Part shown: piece after piece, positions 20,575 through 29,292 of the stretch | How positions within the stretch are numbered: position 1 is the first letter of the stretch | Layout: every line of letters starts with the position of its first letter | DNA from: an uncultured Thermoleophilia bacterium | Lineage (GTDB): Bacteria; Actinomycetota; Thermoleophilia; Gaiellales; Gaiellaceae | Assembly (NCBI GenBank): GCA_963705605.1 | Contig: CAVPKC010000003.1 | Span: 281,619-345,618 of the forward strand | Direction of reading: 5' to 3' | DNA: 64,000 bases | Translations under genes and position numbers: made by a program | The notes under the pieces: generated by a model | Databases searched by the model: none | Told to the model about the DNA's origin: nothing | Seen by the model: only the letters and a program-made list of their open reading frames with translations

Positions 20575-21188
20575 AAGCCCCCGACTTGATCGAACCGGTG
20601 GTCGGTTGGAGAACCTGGATCGTCGAAGGCGGCGACGTTCCTCTTCTCCGTTCCCCACAACGAGAGACACAGGTCTGGGCTCCGGGCCGCGCCTTCAGCG
20701 CCGTCTGCCTGGCCGTCCCGAACCTGACGAAGCCGGAGGGACGTGGCTGGCGACGATCGCACCTTCCGCCAATCGAGAGCTGCACATGCGGCGTCTACGC
20801 AACGAAGTCCAAGGAGCCCAGCTACGCGTCAGCAACGAACATCAAGCCGGTCCCATGGGTGGCTGCCCTCGGCGTTCGGAGCCTTGTTTACGGCCAGGTT
20901 GCGCTTTGGGGAACCGTCGTTGAACACCAGGACGGCTACCGCGGCGAGTACGCCTACCCGAGGCGGATCATCGTGCCACACATGTTCCGCAGCTACCTGC
21001 TCGAACCGGACGGACGCTACATCCGTCGGCTCTCGGCGGACGAAGCAGCAGACGAGCTCGCACGCTCCTATCAGGTTGACGTGACCGTAAGCGACGCCGT
21101 CTGGCGGTTCGATTCGCGCGGGACTCCTCAAAGGCCTCGGCCGACGAGAAGTTCACCCGGGCGTTCGTTGCGGCATGACGGCGCCTGA
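20571..21188 (+). CDS. Hypothetical protein (205 aa) with a GWR.W...H..P...C.CG.YA motif
   Basis: ORF track: VVGWRTWIV..AVC..HLPPIESCTCGVYATK. I recall similar unannotated proteins in actinobacterial mobile DNA but cannot name a family. Confidence 0.55.
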   Translation: MKAPDLIEPVVGWRTWIVEGGDVPLLRSPQRETQVWAPGRAFSAVCLAVPNLTKPEGRGWRRSHLPPIESCTCGVYATKSKEPSYASATNIKPVPWVAALGVRSLVYGQVALWGTVVEHQDGYRGEYAYPRRIIVPHMFRSYLLEPDGRYIRRLSADEAADELARSYQVDVTVSDAVWRFDSRGTPQRPRPTRSSPGRSLRHDGA

Positions 21189-21317
21189 ACCGCCGAAACG
21201 CGAAAACTGTCTGTTCAAGCCGAGTACGAGCCCGCCGTGGTGTCGTCGTGGCCGGTCCAGTTCGTGTGGAGAAAGATCAGGGCCGCTCAACCATGCGCAA
21301 ACGGGCATTCCTCCACA

Positions 21318-21335
21318 GTTGACGACGTCGTTAAC
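21318..21335. promoter_or_regulatory. Imperfect 18-bp palindrome GTTGACGACGTCGTTAAC in the low-GC spacer upstream of the secreted-protein gene
   Basis: The half-sites match 8/9. It contains a TTGACG -35-like hexamer. The role is speculative. Confidence 0.2.
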
Positions 21336-21609
21336 TGAGATCCCCGCGTGGCGACAGAATGGCAACGCTCGCCATCCTACGGTCGAGTGCCGGAGGGGAT
21401 TGAGCACGACTCACCAGTGTCGACAGAATCGAGCGATGTCTGAAGCCGCGACTGGCGTCGCCCAGGGTGGGTTCGGAGTGTGACGATCGAGCGGCTACCT
21501 CGGCGTGAGAGTGACCTCCCACATCGAGCTTCCGTGGTTTCTCGGATGCGGGACCATCGCCGGTAGGAATAGACTCGACCGAGTTCGATCCTTAACGAAG
21601 GGGCGACGG

Positions 21610-22392
21610 TTGAGGCCGTTCAGAGCTGTGGCTTTGGTCGCTGTTCTTGCAGTCTTTGCGCTCACTCCTTCGGTTTTTGCGGCCCCAAGTGGTGGAGCCC
21701 TGGATTGGAGCATCGCGGACGGAGATCACCCGTCTCTCACTTGGAGCTTCGCTCCGGGAATCTGTGTTTCGGCGGTTGAGATAGCCACTAGTCCGGCCAT
21801 GGGGTCGGATGGCTTCTACACGGAGAATCTTGTCTTGTTTGAGGCCTTCAGCCCTGATCGCTGCTCGCCCGGTAGGTGGGTTTCGTCAGACCCGCTCGAT
21901 CCAGGGAGCTACTACGCTCATGCCGAGATCGTCTCTTTCGACCCGGAGATCGGAGAGGGGTGCTGCGACTGGCGCTGGGTGGGCCTGACCAGCTTTGGTG
22001 TTCCGTGTCCCGAGGGCTCATTCCCGACGTCAAGTGGCTGCGAGCGAACAGAGGATGACAACCGGCCTCCGACCTTAGAGGACGCAGAGATGACTCCGAC
22101 CGGAAGAGCACGGGGAGGGCGTCATCTCAGACTCTGGGTACAGGTGCACGCCTGCGATGACGGCAGCCCACTCAGGCTTCAGGTGAGGATGAAGCAAGGA
22201 CGTCGAGCGGAAGTCGCAACGAGACATCTGGGTCGGGTTGATGGTTGTGGAACGTTCACGCGAAGCCTGATAAGCCCGATACCGGTGCGGCGTGGAAGCG
22301 TCAAGGTGACGGTGTGGGTGGAGGATCGACCCTCTGTTGGGGAAGCTTGGAGGCCCAGCCGTAGCTACAGCGAGACCTGGCAGGCCACCTGA
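21610..22392 (+). CDS. Secreted hypothetical protein (about 260 aa)
   Basis: TTG at 21610 follows GAAGGGG. The signal peptide is MRPFRAVALVAVLAVFALTPSVFA. The mature part is Cys-containing and has no recognised domain. Confidence 0.55.
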   Translation: MRPFRAVALVAVLAVFALTPSVFAAPSGGALDWSIADGDHPSLTWSFAPGICVSAVEIATSPAMGSDGFYTENLVLFEAFSPDRCSPGRWVSSDPLDPGSYYAHAEIVSFDPEIGEGCCDWRWVGLTSFGVPCPEGSFPTSSGCERTEDDNRPPTLEDAEMTPTGRARGGRHLRLWVQVHACDDGSPLRLQVRMKQGRRAEVATRHLGRVDGCGTFTRSLISPIPVRRGSVKVTVWVEDRPSVGEAWRPSRSYSETWQAT

Positions 22393-22587
22393 CAGAACCC
22401 GTTCTTCACCACTGCGCTAAGGAGGACCACGCTCGTGACGGTGATTCGGTCGGCGCAAGGTCGTCCCCGTGGCAACAACGGCAACAGTTACCGTTCGCTC
22501 AGGTTCGCTCGCAGCGATCGCTCCGCGAGCAGAGTCGCTCAACGTGCGGTTTTCGCTAACTGACGCGAACGGGCGCTGACGGCTGCC

Positions 22588-22634
22588 CCAGCTCGACAAG
22601 CTGCGGGTCACTGGTTCGAGCCCGACCGGGCGAG
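22588..22634 (+). other. Degenerate tRNA-3'-half-like fragment (anticodon arm GAC, GGGTC, TTCGAGC T-loop, 7-nt acceptor-like end)
   Basis: CCAGC TCGACAA GCTGC GGGTC ACTGG TTCGAGC CCGAC CGGGCGA G has the same spacing as the tRNA-Gly 3' half. The T stem pairs only 3/5, and there is no matching 5' acceptor strand upstream. Confidence 0.25.
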
Positions 22635-22635
22635 G

Positions 22636-25124
22636 TTAGCTCGTGGCCGCCCTCTTCAACGCCGGCCACGATCCCTTCGCGGCGTCGACATCGGACTCGG
22701 AAAGCAGCAGGTAGCGCCACTCAGCCTCGGCCTTCTCGTCGTTACTGACGTGGCTTGCCCAGCGCTCGGCCGCCTCCCGCTTTGCCTTCACCTCGGTGCT
22801 GGCGATCTCCTTTTCCATCTTGGGCTCGACCAACCAGTGGATGCCGTCGGTGTCGACAGCGAGGAAGTCGGGGTTGTAGGAACCGCCTTCCCAGATGATC
22901 GGCACGTCGTCGTTGTGCAGGCGAACCCAGAAGGCAATCTCGTCGGAGTCGTCAAGGGCCGTTGCGACAGTGCGCTCCGTGCTCGAGTCGAACCAGACCT
23001 GCTTGTAGAGCGACCGCTTCCAGCCCTCGTAGCCGATGCCTTTCTCGAACTTTCCAGTGCGGTCTTTGCTTGTCTCCGGGCGACCGATACGGATCGGGTG
23101 CGAACGGCTTGAACTCAACGATCTCCTCGTACTTCGGCTGCCTTCGTCCGCTTACGCTGCTCCTCAGTCAGCTTGCGGATCAGGCTGCCGGCGGCGGTGT
23201 CGAGGTACCCGGCGAGCACTTCCTCGGCCTTCGCGCCGAGGCCCTTGACGAAGGCGTTGATGATCCGCTTCGCGGCGTTCTTCTCCTTCGGGCGCTGAGT
23301 GACGATCTCGGCGGCGAAGATCCGCTTGAGCAGCTCCTTCTTCGCTTCGTCGAGGGTGAGCTCGCTGCTCGAGGCGGCGATCCTGTCGACCGCCTGCCCG
23401 GTGACGAGCTTCGTGCGTGGTAGACCGTCCGGCCCATTCTCGATCGTCGCGCTCAGTCGCTCGCGGCGAAACTCCTTCTCAGGATCGGTAGCCAGCCGCT
23501 CGCCGAGCTTCTTGAACGGCTCGTGACTCGTCAGGTCAGCAAAGGAAAAGTCGCTCTGAACGTCGCCAACCGCGAACTGCGGGACTTGGACTGGCGGGAA
23601 CTTCTTGTTCGGCTTCAGCTCTACCAGCTTCTCGGCCTCATCCTCAACGCTCTTCTTGCGCTCATCGGCCGAGACAACCGTCGCGCCGCCCTCCGTCACC
23701 GTGCCGTCGTCGGAGATGTGAACCGGGGCTTCCACCTCCGTCGTCTCTGTCGTAGCGACGAGCTGACCGTGCATATTCCGCCGCAAGACGGCTCGCGTAC
23801 GGTTGTTGACGAAGGCCTGGTTCAGCACGCCGGTCTTCTTGAGGAGCGCCTCGTAGCGCTCGTGGGCCACGACCTCGAGCGTGTCGAGCATCTCGATCTC
23901 CGTGTACGCACCGAACGGCAGCCGCATCCCGCGTCCCAGCGTCTGCTCGGTCAGGATGTCGGAGATCGAGGAGCGCAGGGAGGCGATGACGTAGACGTTC
24001 TTGACGTCCCAGCCTTCCTTGAGCATCCCGACCGAGACGATGATTCGGACCGGCGCTCGTCGGCTCCTCGACGGCGTCAGGGCGGCAAGCATCTTCTCGC
24101 GCTTCTCACCCGGCGCCTTCGAGTGCACGACGAGCACGCTGTCGGCGTACTCGCCACCAGCAACTCGACTGCCGTAGCAGCTCGGCAATCTCGCTCGGCG
24201 TCCTCGATCGTCGGCGCGATCACGAGCATCACCGGATTGATCGTCTCGACACTCTCGCCATTCTTCTTGGCTGCTCGACGTAGCTCTCGACCGCCTGGCG
24301 CTTCGCCTCAAGCAGCGCGATCCCGTCGTTGAGCTTCGTTGCGAGGTCCTTACGGTCGTCCTTGCGCCCGACGATGACCGGCGTCTTGACGAGCTTGTCG
24401 GCGATCGCCGCCGCGAGCGGATAGCGGAAGATGATCTTCCTGCCTTCTCGGCGTCCTTGTGCGGCGTCGCCGTCAGGCCGATCAAGGCGTAGGGGTTGAG
24501 ATCGCGGATCGCGTCCGAGAACGCCTTGCCGTAGTAGGCGTGGTGCTCGTCGGCGAAGACGATCAGGTCGTCGAGCTCCTGCAGGTGCTCGTAGAAGCGC
24601 GCTCGCCAAGCCCCTCTCGGAACTCGTGCGTCTTGCGGCCCTGCTTCGTCGTCGGCTTCATCAGCGACTGGACGGTGAAGATGAAGAGCTTGACCTTCTC
24701 GTCGTCGTCCATCACCGCGCGTTGCCGGCGTCGTCGAAGTTCTCCGAGGTGATGACGACCGGCTTGACCTCCATCCCGCGCGAACAGGCTCTTCGGGTGG
24801 CCGGGCGTGAAGTTGCGCCCGTCTTCTCGAGGATCGTCCGACCTGGGGCGATGACCGCGAAGTTGCGCGCAGCCGAGCTCGGCGAAGTACTCGATCGCCG
24901 CCGCGAGGATGTACGTCTTGCCGACGCCCGTCGCCACATCGACGACGCCCTCGAACATCTCCTCCTTCTGCGTCGACCTGGTAGTGGTCGGCGACTACGG
25001 TGGCGATGCTCTCAAGCGCTTCCTTGTTCGGCGCTCGCAGGTCGAGCCGCGCGCTAATTGCGTCGATGATGTCCTGCCGAACTAGCGCGTCTTCAGCGCC
25101 GTCGATCACCGGCTCCGCGCTCAT
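22636..25124 (-). pseudogene. Type III restriction Res-type DEAD/DEAH helicase with a C-terminal PD-(D/E)xK nuclease. Multiple frameshifts. No mod gene nearby.
   Basis: The pieces lie in three frames. They are MSAEPVIDG..DLRAPNKEALESI, then FEGVVDVATGVGKTYILAAAIEYFAELG, ARNFAVIAPGRTILEKT, LIVFADEHHAYYG and LIGLTATP. These are followed by RIIVSVGMLKEGWDVKNVYVI..R..IS.ILTEQTLGRGMRLPFG and the nuclease tail YNPDFLAVDTDGIHWLVEPK (ORF 22636..23118). Confidence 0.7.
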
Positions 25125-25232
25125 GCCTTCGTGCGCGCCGGCATCTGCTTCCGCTTGCGCCTTGAGGTCTTCGGGGTCGCCGGGAACGGCTCGCCAGCTA
25201 CGCCGAGCGAGAGGCGAAGGCGGCAGGCCGCT

Positions 25233-25260
25233 GACGTTTGGGCATGGAGCGGGCATGGGA
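25233..25260. repeat. Island-end motif, right copy: GACGTTTGGGCATGGAGCGGGCATGGGA
   Basis: 26/28 identical to 13518..13545. It lies about 60 nt inside the right tRNA repeat, upstream of the Res start. Confidence 0.7.
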
Positions 25261-25292
25261 GCCTGATTCGTGGTCGCCGCCCTTAGACGGAG

Positions 25293-25315
25293 AAAGCCCC
25301 GACTAGCGGGGCTTT
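25293..25315. terminator. Hairpin AAAGCCCC-gactagc-GGGGCTTT immediately downstream of tRNA-Gly
   Basis: Perfect 8-bp stem with A/T-flanked ends, usable on either strand. It sits between the tRNA 3' end and the island cargo. Confidence 0.5.
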
Positions 25316-25322
25316 CCTGGAG

Positions 25323-25395
25323 AGCGGACGACGGGGCTCGAACCCGCGACCCTTGGCTTGGGAAGCCAATGCTCTACCAGCTGAGCTACGTCCGC
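25323..25395 (-). tRNA. tRNA-Gly (anticodon CCC)
   Basis: Hand-folded as GCGGACG TA GCTC AGCTGGTA GAGC A TTGGC TTCCCAA GCCAA GGGTC GCGGG TTCGAGC CCCGT CGTCCGC T. CCA is not encoded. Confidence 0.9.
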
Positions 25396-25402
25396 GTGGC
25401 GA

Positions 25403-26330
25403 TCAGTGTACTCCGGCCTCCGCGGCCGAGTAGACGTCGATGAAGCGGCGGTACTTGGACGCGATCGACGCGGCGCCGGCGTCTCGCCCGGAGCCGTCGC
25501 CGGCCGCGAGCGCCTTGACCGCCTCGCCGAAGATCGAGCGCCCGATCGCGAACCCGACGTAGCCGGGCAGCCCCGGCGCCCGCGCGGAGCCATTCGTCGA
25601 CCTTCGCGTCGGAGGCGCCGCGCCCGAGCACGACGCAGCTCACGCCGTCGCGGCCGTCGCGGCGCACGAGCTCGGCGATCTGACGGCACTCGTCGCGATC
25701 GTCGATCCCCTCGATCTTCCAGATGTCCGGCTCGATCCCGGCGGCCTGGAGCTCCTCGATCGCCCTCATCATCAGGCCTGGCCGGATCTCCGTGTCGTAG
25801 CGGTCGGCGTCGCCGCCGACGCTCTCGAGCTGGTGCTCCTCGGCCGGCACGAGCAGCTCGAACAGGAACTTCCGGTCGTGCTCGTGGAGCCAGTCGGACA
25901 GGCGCTTGAGACGAGCCGACTGACGCTCGTTCATCTCCTGGTCGCCCTCGGGGTTGTAGCGGACGAGCACCTTCGAGAAGGACGGGTCGAACTCCTCGAT
26001 CTTCTCGCCGAACTGCTCGCCGTACTCGAAGTCGAACTCGTTCTGCCCGCTCTTCTCGACCGGCATCGCGAGCAGGTAGCCCTCGCTCGTGCGCGGCCCG
26101 CGCGACCTGCGGTCCGTACTGGCCGTCGACCAGGACTCCGGCGGCGTCTCGCGGTGCGCCGTCGGCGACGGCGCGTTCGGAAGCCCTCGAAGATGAGCGA
26201 CTTCGCGTCGGCGATGCGCGCCGTCTCCGCCTCCGTCGGCGCGCGGCCCGAGATCCCGAACATCTTCTCGAACGAGCCCACGGTGGTCGAACGCGAGGAT
26301 GTAGAGCTTCTTGTCGTAGCCGAGTGCCAA
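25403..26330 (-). CDS. DUF2090 (IolC-associated aldolase-like) protein, frameshifted in this assembly
   Basis: AGGAGG then TTG gives (M)ALGYDKKLYILAFDHRGSF. The later in-frame block is LAMPVEKSGQNEFDFEYGEQFGEKIEEFDPSFSKVLVRYNPEGD..LLVPAEE..PDIWKIEGIDDR. The middle and C-terminal parts shift frame (GSFEKMFGISGRAPTEAE is in ORF 25931..26281). Confidence 0.7.
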
Positions 26331-26339
26331 CGCCTGCCT

Positions 26340-27358
26340 CCTGTCGTGCCCGTCTAGCGCGTAACGGCCGCCGGCGAGCTGCGAGAGCTTCTCGAACGCG
26401 TGCTGCGCCTCGATCCGCCGGACGGTGCCGGACCGCGAACGCATGACGATCGAGTCGGTGACCGCGCCGGTCTCGTGTACCGAACGCCGCGCAGGAGCGC
26501 GCCGTCGGTGACGCCGGTCGCCGCGACGAACACGTCGTCGCCGGCGACGAGGTCGTCGGTCGTGAGCACGCGCTCGAGGTCGTAGCCCGCGCTCGACGAG
26601 TTGCCGTCGCTCCTCGTCGGACCGCGGCCACAGCCTGCCCTGGATCGCCCCGCCGAGGCACTTGACCGCGGCCGCCGAGATCACGCCTTCGGGCGAGCCG
26701 CCGATGCCCATCATCAGGTCGACGGGCGAGTCGGGGCGGGCGGCCGCGAGCGCGGGGGCGACGTCGCCGTCGCGTGATCAGGTTCACCTTCGCGCCGACC
26801 GTCGCGCAGCGCCGGCGATCAGCTCCTGGTTGCGGTCGCGGTCGAGGACGACGACCGTGATCGTCGCTCGGCTTCGACGCCCTTCGCCTCCGCCGCGCGC
26901 CGGACGTTCTCCGCCGGGCGTGGCGCGTCGATGTCGATCACGCGCGGCGATCTCCGCTCCGCAGGCGATCTTGTCCATGTAGACGGCAGCGCCCGGGAAG
27001 AACATCGTTCCGCGCTCGGCGACGCGCGATCACGGCGATCGCGTTCGGCTGCCCGACGGACGTCAGGCGCGTGCCCTCGAGCGGGTCGACCGCGACGTCG
27101 ACCGCGCGGCGGCTGGCCGTTCCCGACCGACTCGCCGTTGAAGAGCATCGGCGCCTCGTCCTTCTCGCCCTCTCCGATCACGACGACGCCGTCCATCGGA
27201 ACGGTGTCGAGCATGTACCGCATCGCGTCGACGGCGGCCTGGTCGGCGGCGTTCTTGTCGCCGCGTCCGACCCAGCGGCCAGCGCCGAGCGCGGCCGCCT
27301 CGGTCACGCGGACGAGCTCGAGCGCAAGGTTGCGGTCGGGAGCCTGGGCCACCGCCAT
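26340..27358 (-). CDS. glpX: Class II fructose-1,6-bisphosphatase, several frameshifts in this assembly
   Basis: The N terminus is [64 protein letters not shown]. The middle block [16 protein letters not shown] is in another frame. The C terminus is [42 protein letters not shown]. The exact stop is unclear. Confidence 0.8.
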
Positions 27359-27382
27359 GCGTCGCATCGTAGTGTGGAGGCG

Positions 27383-28918
27383 CTACATGCGCCCGGGCGC
27401 TTCGACTGCGATCAGGTCGAGGCTGCGCGCGATCACCGCCTGGGTGGCGCGACAGAGGGAGAGGCGGAAGCCCTCGGCGTCGCCACTCTCCAGCACCCGG
27501 TGATGGTGGTAGAAGCGATGGAAGTCGTCGGCGACCCGGACCGCGTACACGGGGATCGCGTGCGCGCCCCGACGCTCCGTCGCCTCGGCCGCCACGGCCG
27601 GGAACTCTGCGAGGCGCTTGACGAGGTCACGTTCGTGCACCGCCGGCTCGTACGCTCCTGGCGGCTGGGCCGTGCCCGTCGCGTTCCGCAGGATCCCGGC
27701 GATCCGGGCGTGCGCGTACTGGACGTAGTACACGGGGTTCTTGTCGCTCCGCTCTCTCGCCAGGTCGACGTCGATCTCGATCACCTGATCGTGGCCCCGG
27801 TTGACGAGGTACCAGCGCGCGGCGTCGACGCCGACCTCGTCGATCAACTCGTCGAGGAGGACGACGTCGCCGCGCCGCTTGGACATCTTCTTCGCCTCCC
27901 CGTGCTCGGTCAGGTGGACGAGCTGGTAGATCAGGACCTCGACTCGCTCGGGACCGGCCCCCAGCATCGAGGCGAGGGCCTTCAGGCGGCCGATGTAGCC
28001 GTGATGGTCGGCGCCGAGGACGTAGACGGCCCGCTCGAAGCGCGCGAGCTTGTGTCGGATGTAGGCGGCGTCGGCGGCGAAGTACGTCGGCTCCCCGGTC
28101 GACCGGATGAGCACCCGATCCTTCTCGTCCCCGTGCGCGCTCGTGCGAGCCCACAGCGCCCCGTCCGCCTCGTACGTGTCGAGCTCGGCGATCGCCTCGG
28201 GGATCTCGGCCTCGATCTCGCTCTGCTTCTGCCACGTGTCGACCGCGACACGGAATCGGGCGAGTGTCTCCTCGATGCGCCGGAGCATTCGCGGAACGGG
28301 GTCGCCCTCGAGCGCAGCCAGCTCCTCGAGGTAGGCGCCGTGGTAGCCGTCCTCGGGCGGCTCCTTCCCTTGCCGGCGCGCCTCCACGGACTCGCGGAAC
28401 CGATCCATCTGCGTGCCCGCGTCGTTGAAGTAGTACTCCTCCTCGACCTCGTGTCCGGCAAAGCGGAGCAGCCGGGCGACGGAGTCGCCGTAGGCGCCGT
28501 TGCGCCCAGACCCGACGGTCAGCGGGCCGGTCGGATTCGCCGACACCAGCTCGACCTGAATCCGCTGCGGGCGCCCGGCGGAGCCGGCGCCGTAGCGGTC
28601 ACCCGCCTCTAGCATCTCCGCGAGCGCCTCCCGGAACCACGCGCCGCTACCCGGAGGTTCAGGAAGCCCGGCCCGGCCACGTCGACGCCGTCGACGAGCT
28701 CGCCGAACGAGACACGCGACGCCAGCTCCTCGGCGACGTCTCTGCGGCGCCCGGCGGAGAACCGGCGCGAGCCGGAGCGCGACGTTCGTGGCGAAGTCGC
28801 CGTGCGCGGGGTCGCTGGGCCGCTCGAGGACGATCTCGACGGCTCCGTCGCCCGCCAGGTCACGCGCGGCTGCCGCGATCGGGTCTGAAAGCAGGCGCAT
28901 GGCGAGAGGGCCGCTCAT
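27383..28918 (-). CDS. argS: Arginine--tRNA ligase with two nearby opposing frameshifts
   Basis: SANPTGPL, GADHHGY and KMSKRRG lie in the ORF 27383..29071 frame. The conserved AGPGFLNLRV block is only in the ORF 28609..28863 frame. Confidence 0.85.
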   Translation of the reverse strand: MSGPLAMRLLSDPIAAAARDLAGDGAVEIVLERPSDPAHGDFATNVALRLAPVLRRAPQRRRRGAGVACLVRRARRRRRRGRAGLPEPPGSGAWFREALAEMLEAGDRYGAGSAGRPQRIQVELVSANPTGPLTVGSGRNGAYGDSVARLLRFAGHEVEEEYYFNDAGTQMDRFRESVEARRQGKEPPEDGYHGAYLEELAALEGDPVPRMLRRIEETLARFRVAVDTWQKQSEIEAEIPEAIAELDTYEADGALWARTSAHGDEKDRVLIRSTGEPTYFAADAAYIRHKLARFERAVYVLGADHHGYIGRLKALASMLGAGPERVEVLIYQLVHLTEHGEAKKMSKRRGDVVLLDELIDEVGVDAARWYLVNRGHDQVIEIDVDLARERSDKNPVYYVQYAHARIAGILRNATGTAQPPGAYEPAVHERDLVKRLAEFPAVAAEATERRGAHAIPVYAVRVADDFHRFYHHHRVLESGDAEGFRLSLCRATQAVIARSLDLIAVEAPGRM

Positions 28919-28936
28919 CCGGGGTATGGTAGATCG

Positions 28937-29218
28937 ATGGACGAGGACGGCCAGGAGCGTCAGCTGAACATCCACGCCGATCCGGAGCATCTGGCCGGCG
29001 TGTACGCGAACTTCGCGACGGTCAGCTTCTCCGACTACGAGTTCACGATCACGTTCGCCCGGGTCGACCACGAGGTGGACGAGGGCGAGGTGCCAGGCGT
29101 CGTGGTGGGCCGCGTCAACGTCTCGTCGAAGTTCATGCGCGAGCTGATGGACGCGATGAGCGACTCCTGGTCGAAGTGGACGACCCGCGAAGGGATTCGC
29201 AACCTGCCGGAGCCGTAG
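28937..29218 (+). CDS. DUF3467 domain protein
   Basis: 93-aa ORF with GVYANFATVSFSDYEFTITFARVD, typical of the family. Confidence 0.7.
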   Translation: MDEDGQERQLNIHADPEHLAGVYANFATVSFSDYEFTITFARVDHEVDEGEVPGVVVGRVNVSSKFMRELMDAMSDSWSKWTTREGIRNLPEP

Positions 29219-29227
29219 CGCGAGGCC

Positions 29228-29263
29228 GAATCGTTGACGGCCGAAGGCCGGCCGATATCGGCC
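29228..29263. repeat. REP-like palindromic element, copy 1
   Basis: GAATCGTTGACGGCCGAAGGCCGGCCGATATCGGCC. It is closely similar to 51008..51045 and lies downstream of a stop codon. Confidence 0.6.
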
Positions 29264-29292
29264 GGTTCGCGGCGAGGTCGACGCACCCCGAT

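Larger units (their letters stand above)
13356..25367. mobile_element. Putative integrated genomic island at tRNA-Gly(CCC). No integrase is recognisable, and the cargo is largely decayed.
   Basis: A 48-bp perfect direct repeat of the tRNA 3' half lies at both ends. Spot counts on single 60-nt lines in the 20-22 kb part gave about 57-63% GC, against about 77% for one line near 30 kb. The gene content is accessory and fragmentary. Confidence 0.65.

Noticed and set aside
13404-25319. Searched the island for integrase, excisionase, transposase, relaxase or phage structural genes
   Set aside because: - No RxxR...HxxR...Y tyrosine-recombinase pattern, serine-recombinase N-terminal motif or DDE signature is visible in any listed ORF or in hand translation of the gaps.
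- Absence by eye is not proof.
25303-26787. 494-aa ORF 25303..26787 (-), and ORF 25386..26714, appearing as single large genes
   Set aside because: - The first runs through tRNA-Gly and is an Arg-rich alternative frame.
- The second is an artificial fusion of the glpX C terminus with the DUF2090 gene, created by missing or shifted stops.
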